Position numbers and translations under genes: made by a program
Assembly: GCA_947036815.1 (NCBI GenBank)
Contig: CAMQRS010000001.1
Span: forward strand, 80,732-144,731
Reading direction: 5' to 3'
Length of the DNA: 64,000 nucleotides
Source: an uncultured Erysipelotrichaceae bacterium
GTDB lineage: Bacteria > Bacillota_I > Bacilli_A > Erysipelotrichales > Erysipelotrichaceae
Part shown: in pieces, positions 60,075-64,000 of the stretch
Position numbering within the stretch: the stretch's first letter is position 1
How the letters are laid out: every line of letters begins with the position of its first letter
The notes under the pieces: generated by a model
Told to the model about the DNA's origin: nothing
Seen by the model: only the letters and a program-made list of their open reading frames with translations
Databases searched by the model: none

Positions 60075-61889
60075 ATGAAACAAGAACATAGTAAATACAG
60101 TACATGGAAAAATGTTAAATTTATGATCAAGTTCGCCTATGGGACGAAGAAGTCAATTATATATAAGGTACTAATCATAGCGTTTGTTAGTATTTTAATT
60201 AATGTGGCAAATTTATATATTGCCCCAAGCATAATTAGTAATTTAGAAAATGAAGTAACACTTAGTGAATTGCTTACCACAATTGCTTTTTTTACTATCT
60301 TTTTAATGGTGTTAAATGCACTTAAGGTGTATTTTATTAAACGATCTTTTTTTGAACGTGCCACATTACGATTAGAACTACAAAAAAAAGTAAATTATAA
60401 AAGAGATACGACATCTTATCCCAATGTGATTAATAAAAAAATGATAGACAAACTAGAAAAAGTAAACACTTCTTCTAATGGAAATGATGGTTTTGGTGAA
60501 CAGATTTGGACTGTATTAACTGAAATATTAATTTCATTTAGTTCATTTATCATTTATTCTTCCCTACTTTTAGTGAACGTAAATAAGTTCTTAATTTTAA
60601 TAGTAGGAGTGATATCAATACATGGCTATATCATGAGTAATAAAATAAATAAATGGAGTTTTAATCATAAGGAAGAAGAAGCTACTATATTTAAACAAAT
60701 GGAGTATGTGCATAGTAGTAGCTTAGATTCTACACTAGCGAAAGATGTGAGTATTTTTGGAATGAAAAACTGGCTTAAAGAGATGAATGAAAAGTCTTTT
60801 AGTCTATACACTAACTTTGCAATTCGTAGAGAGAAACATTTATTTATGGTGGATGTAATAGATATAGTATTCACATTTTTTAAAAATGGACTCGCATATT
60901 TCTATTTTATTATGCTAGTCATCAATAATGAAATCAGTATTTCTGAATTCTTATTATATTTTAGTGCGATTACATGTTTTAATCAAATGTTGACGAAAAC
61001 GTTAGAAAACCTATTACTCCTTCAAAGACAGAGTATTGATATTTGTGATACGAGAGAATATCTAGAATATCCAGAGCCTTTCTTGTTTGAAGAAGGAAAG
61101 TCACTAACTCCAAAAACAAATGCATCGTATGAAATTAAACTAGTAAATGTAAGTTTTAAATATAGTGAGACAGATACGTATATCTTAAAGAATATAAATT
61201 TAATTATTCATCCTAATGAAAAACTAGCAGTTGTAGGAATGAATGGTGCAGGTAAAACTACCTTAATAAAGATAATATGTGGATTCCTAGATCCAATCGA
61301 TGGGGAAGTATTGCTGAATGGTCAAAATATTAAACAGTATAATCGTAGAGATTACTACAAGCATTTTTCAACTGTATTTCAAGATTTCGCACTGATAGAA
61401 ACTAGTATTTTAGAAAATATTATTCAAAGTACGGTTGAGGTAGATGAAGACTTGTTACAAGATTGCTTGCAAAAGGCAAATATTCTAGAAAAAATTAATT
61501 CATTACCTAATGGAGTACACACACATTTTGGAAATTTAATTTATGAGGATGGAATTTCATTATCAGGAGGAGAAACGCAACGACTAATGTTGGCAAGAGC
61601 GTTATATAAACAAGCGCCTATTATAGTATTGGATGAGCCAACAGCAGCACTTGATCCTATTTCAGAAAGTGAAATGTACAAAAATTATCATACAATGACA
61701 ATGAATAAAACTTCCATCTATATTAGTCATCGATTAGCTTCTACACGCTTTTGTGATCGCATCATTTTGATTGAGGAAAATGTGATTAGTGAACAAGGTA
61801 CACATCAAGAATTGATGGAACAACAAGGAAGTTATGCAACACTATATAATATCCAAAGTAAGTACTATCAAGAAGGGAGTGATTTCTAA
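60075..61889 (+). CDS. ABC exporter, fused permease/ATPase (half transporter A)
   Basis: N-terminal six-transmembrane domain. Walker A GMNGAGKTT, signature LSGGETQR, Walker B IIVLDEPTAALD. Start at ATG 60075 after GAAGGAGG. Confidence 0.85.
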   Translation: MKQEHSKYSTWKNVKFMIKFAYGTKKSIIYKVLIIAFVSILINVANLYIAPSIISNLENEVTLSELLTTIAFFTIFLMVLNALKVYFIKRSFFERATLRLELQKKVNYKRDTTSYPNVINKKMIDKLEKVNTSSNGNDGFGEQIWTVLTEILISFSSFIIYSSLLLVNVNKFLILIVGVISIHGYIMSNKINKWSFNHKEEEATIFKQMEYVHSSSLDSTLAKDVSIFGMKNWLKEMNEKSFSLYTNFAIRREKHLFMVDVIDIVFTFFKNGLAYFYFIMLVINNEISISEFLLYFSAITCFNQMLTKTLENLLLLQRQSIDICDTREYLEYPEPFLFEEGKSLTPKTNASYEIKLVNVSFKYSETDTYILKNINLIIHPNEKLAVVGMNGAGKTTLIKIICGFLDPIDGEVLLNGQNIKQYNRRDYYKHFSTVFQDFALIETSILENIIQSTVEVDEDLLQDCLQKANILEKINSLPNGVHTHFGNLIYEDGISLSGGETQRLMLARALYKQAPIIVLDEPTAALDPISESEMYKNYHTMTMNKTSIYISHRLASTRFCDRIILIEENVISEQGTHQELMEQQGSYATLYNIQSKYYQEGSDF

Positions 61890-63775
61890 TGAGTAGTAAA
61901 AAAGTAACAATGAAAGAAGCGATTCAAATACAACTTAAAGCAATGAAGTTATTGTTTCGTGTCTTTCCTTATAAAATCATTTATTCGTCTATCTCTCTTG
62001 TGCTACAAGCAATTGTTCCTTATGTAACGTTATATTTAAGTGCGTTAATTATTGATGAATTAGTGACAAGTAAGGATAAGGAACAAATATTAACTTTGAT
62101 TGTTTTGACACTGGTTGCTAGTGCACTCTTAACATTACTTGCTGCTGTATTTAAACGCTTATCGCAAGTGTATAATACAAGTGCTATCGCATATATGAGT
62201 ATCTGGAGTTTATATGCAATGAAAACCTTAGAGATGGACTTCTGTGTGGTAGATGATCAAGCTACAATAGATCTACACTCTCAGGTGAAACAAAATGCAA
62301 ATAGCGCAGGATTTGGACTGTTTTTAAGTGAGAGCATACACGAAGACTTAATTAGTTCATTTACACAAATGATGGCATCGCTCGTTTTAACATTTAGTTT
62401 ATTTACTAGTCAAGTATCAAAAACTGCAGGTAGTTTAGTAATATTGAACAATCCTATATTTATTGTTTTAGTCGTATTGGTACTCGTTTTAGTAACTCTT
62501 ATTCCGGTCTATTTAATGGATAAAATGTTATCTTTCACTGCAGGTGCATTTAGAACGATAAACTTTGGAAATCGACTTGTTGGATATTTCATGTTATATA
62601 GATATAAAGGGGATGCGAGTTCTTTAGATACTCGTTCCTATAGTCAAGAAGAACTAGTCGAACAAAACTATAAAAACAAGGAAAATCCATTTTTATTTAA
62701 TAGTCCATTATCTAAAGTGTTTAATGGAAAAATTAGTAATGTCGAAGCGTTAAGAGGTATGGTTACTTCTTTCTTCTTAGGGTTAGTATATGTATTTGTC
62801 TGTTTAAAAGCATATGGGGGTGCCTTTGGTATCGGTGCACTTACACAATATGTAGGTGCTCTAGTATTATTGTCTTCTTCATTGTCTGCAGGGATATCAG
62901 CATTTAGTCGAATGAAAAGTAATTATGAATTTCAAAAAGATAGTTTTGATTACTTAGATATGCCAAATAAAATGTATCAAGGAAGTCTGACAACAGAAAA
63001 AAGAAGTGATAAACAATATGAAGTAGAATTCAAAAATGTGAGTTTTAAATATCCAGGTAGTGAAGAATATATCTTACATCAGGTATCCATGAAATTTACG
63101 ATAGGAAATAAAATTGCTATCGTTGGAGAAAACGGTTCTGGTAAGACTACCTTTATTAAGTTGCTTTGTCGCTTATATGATCCAAGTGAAGGAGAAATCT
63201 TACTGAATGGAATCAATATAAAAAAATATAAGTATGAAGACTATATATCTACCTTTGCAGTTGTATTCCAAGACTTTAAACTATTGTCTTATACACTAGG
63301 GGAAAATGTAGCAGCAAGCAGTATGTATGATAGAGCGAGAGCGACACAATGTTTAATAGATGCAGGTTTTGGAAAGAAACTAAGTAAATTGAAAAATGGC
63401 TTAGATACGTATGTATACCATGATTTATCAAACGAAGGAGTAGAAGTATCAGGAGGAGAAGCTCAAAAGATAGCGCTAGCTAGAGCTTTGTATAGAGATA
63501 GTGGATTCATTATTCTAGATGAGCCAACTGCTGCCTTAGATCCTATAGCAGAAGCTGAAGTATATGAAAGCTTCAATACCATAGTTGCCAATAAGACAGC
63601 AGTTTATATAAGTCATCGATTATCAAGTTGTAAATTCTGTGATGAAATATTAGTATTTTCAAAAGGTGTTATTGTAGAACAAGGAACACATGAACGACTA
63701 CTATTAAATAATAAGAAATATACTGAATTATGGAATGCACAGGCACAGTATTATAATAATAAAAAGCAATCATAA
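61889..63775 (+). CDS. ABC exporter, fused permease/ATPase (half transporter B)
   Basis: 628 aa. Walker A GENGSGKTT, signature VSGGEAQK, Walker B FIILDEPTAALD. Start overlaps the previous stop. Confidence 0.85.
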   Translation: MSSKKVTMKEAIQIQLKAMKLLFRVFPYKIIYSSISLVLQAIVPYVTLYLSALIIDELVTSKDKEQILTLIVLTLVASALLTLLAAVFKRLSQVYNTSAIAYMSIWSLYAMKTLEMDFCVVDDQATIDLHSQVKQNANSAGFGLFLSESIHEDLISSFTQMMASLVLTFSLFTSQVSKTAGSLVILNNPIFIVLVVLVLVLVTLIPVYLMDKMLSFTAGAFRTINFGNRLVGYFMLYRYKGDASSLDTRSYSQEELVEQNYKNKENPFLFNSPLSKVFNGKISNVEALRGMVTSFFLGLVYVFVCLKAYGGAFGIGALTQYVGALVLLSSSLSAGISAFSRMKSNYEFQKDSFDYLDMPNKMYQGSLTTEKRSDKQYEVEFKNVSFKYPGSEEYILHQVSMKFTIGNKIAIVGENGSGKTTFIKLLCRLYDPSEGEILLNGINIKKYKYEDYISTFAVVFQDFKLLSYTLGENVAASSMYDRARATQCLIDAGFGKKLSKLKNGLDTYVYHDLSNEGVEVSGGEAQKIALARALYRDSGFIILDEPTAALDPIAEAEVYESFNTIVANKTAVYISHRLSSCKFCDEILVFSKGVIVEQGTHERLLLNNKKYTELWNAQAQYYNNKKQS

Positions 63776-63836
63776 ATAAGATTATACTTTTAGCTTAAGT
63801 ATGTTATAATGGGCTGAGTTTTAAAGGAAGTGTCTT

Positions 63837-64000
63837 ATGAAAAACAATTTAGCTCAGAAGTTTAATTACTACTCATTAATCAGATATAGTGCACCAGCAA
63901 CAATTATGCTGGTGTTTATGTCTTTATACCAATTAGTTGATGGTGTGTTTGTCGCAAACATAGTAGGAGATAATGCATTATCTGCACTGAATATGGCATA
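63837..64000 (+). CDS. MATE-family transporter, 5' end (runs off the right edge)
   Basis: MKNNLAQKFNYYSLIRYSAPATIMLVFMSLYQLVDGVFVANIVGDNALSALNMA is a typical MATE N-terminus. Confidence 0.6.
   Translation, partial: MKNNLAQKFNYYSLIRYSAPATIMLVFMSLYQLVDGVFVANIVGDNALSALNMA

Overview
AT-rich (about 30% GC by eye), low-GC Firmicutes-type chromosome segment centred on the replication origin. No rRNA, tRNA or CRISPR array was seen.

Origin and left arm (minus strand, reading away from the origin): dnaA, dnaN, yaaA, recF, gyrB, gyrA, a T-box-controlled serS, one membrane-anchored hypothetical protein, a small SRP RNA, tadA, dnaX, ybaB and recR. Further left are nadK, a CYTH protein, a SEDS protein, a GNAT and an OmpR-type two-component pair. 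This order closely follows the Bacillus subtilis origin map. DnaA boxes flank dnaA on both sides, and the dnaA-dnaN spacer holds a DnaA-box / GC-cluster / DnaA-trio arrangement.

Right arm (plus strand): rpmH, rnpA, yidC and jag, then a decayed patch (IS3-family orfA-only remnant, the 3' stub of a surface-protein gene, a truncated DUF45-like ORF). After it comes pth-mfd-spoVT-yabO-yabP-yabQ-divIC, a spore-former signature. Next is a small accessory cluster: a zinc-finger-less J-protein, an acidic-repeat membrane protein, an AT-hook protein of unknown function and a SipW-type signal peptidase. Then mutS-mutL-miaA.

42-56.6 kb (minus strand): rarA, mntP, aroK and a seven-gene aromatic operon aroB-aroC-aroE-DAHPS-DAHPS-aroA-tyrA. 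The operon has two tandem DAHP synthase paralogs and a structured leader that carries a terminator but has no T-box motif. Small accessory genes sit between these: nitroreductase, XRE/DUF6442, an orphan SdpR/SdpI pair and a PNPOx-like protein.

Right end: dtd-folD-DUF951, a LytTR response regulator with a transmembrane-less GHKL kinase, a heterodimeric ABC exporter pair and the start of a MATE gene.

I do not see a convincing novel multi-gene system; this is mostly core genome. The best leads are the aro-operon leader, the AT-hook protein with SipW, the J-protein with its acidic-repeat partner, the twin CACGTG-core palindromes upstream of the SRP RNA, and the soluble LytTR-partner kinase. All protein calls rest on motif and family recognition by eye plus synteny; no searches were run.
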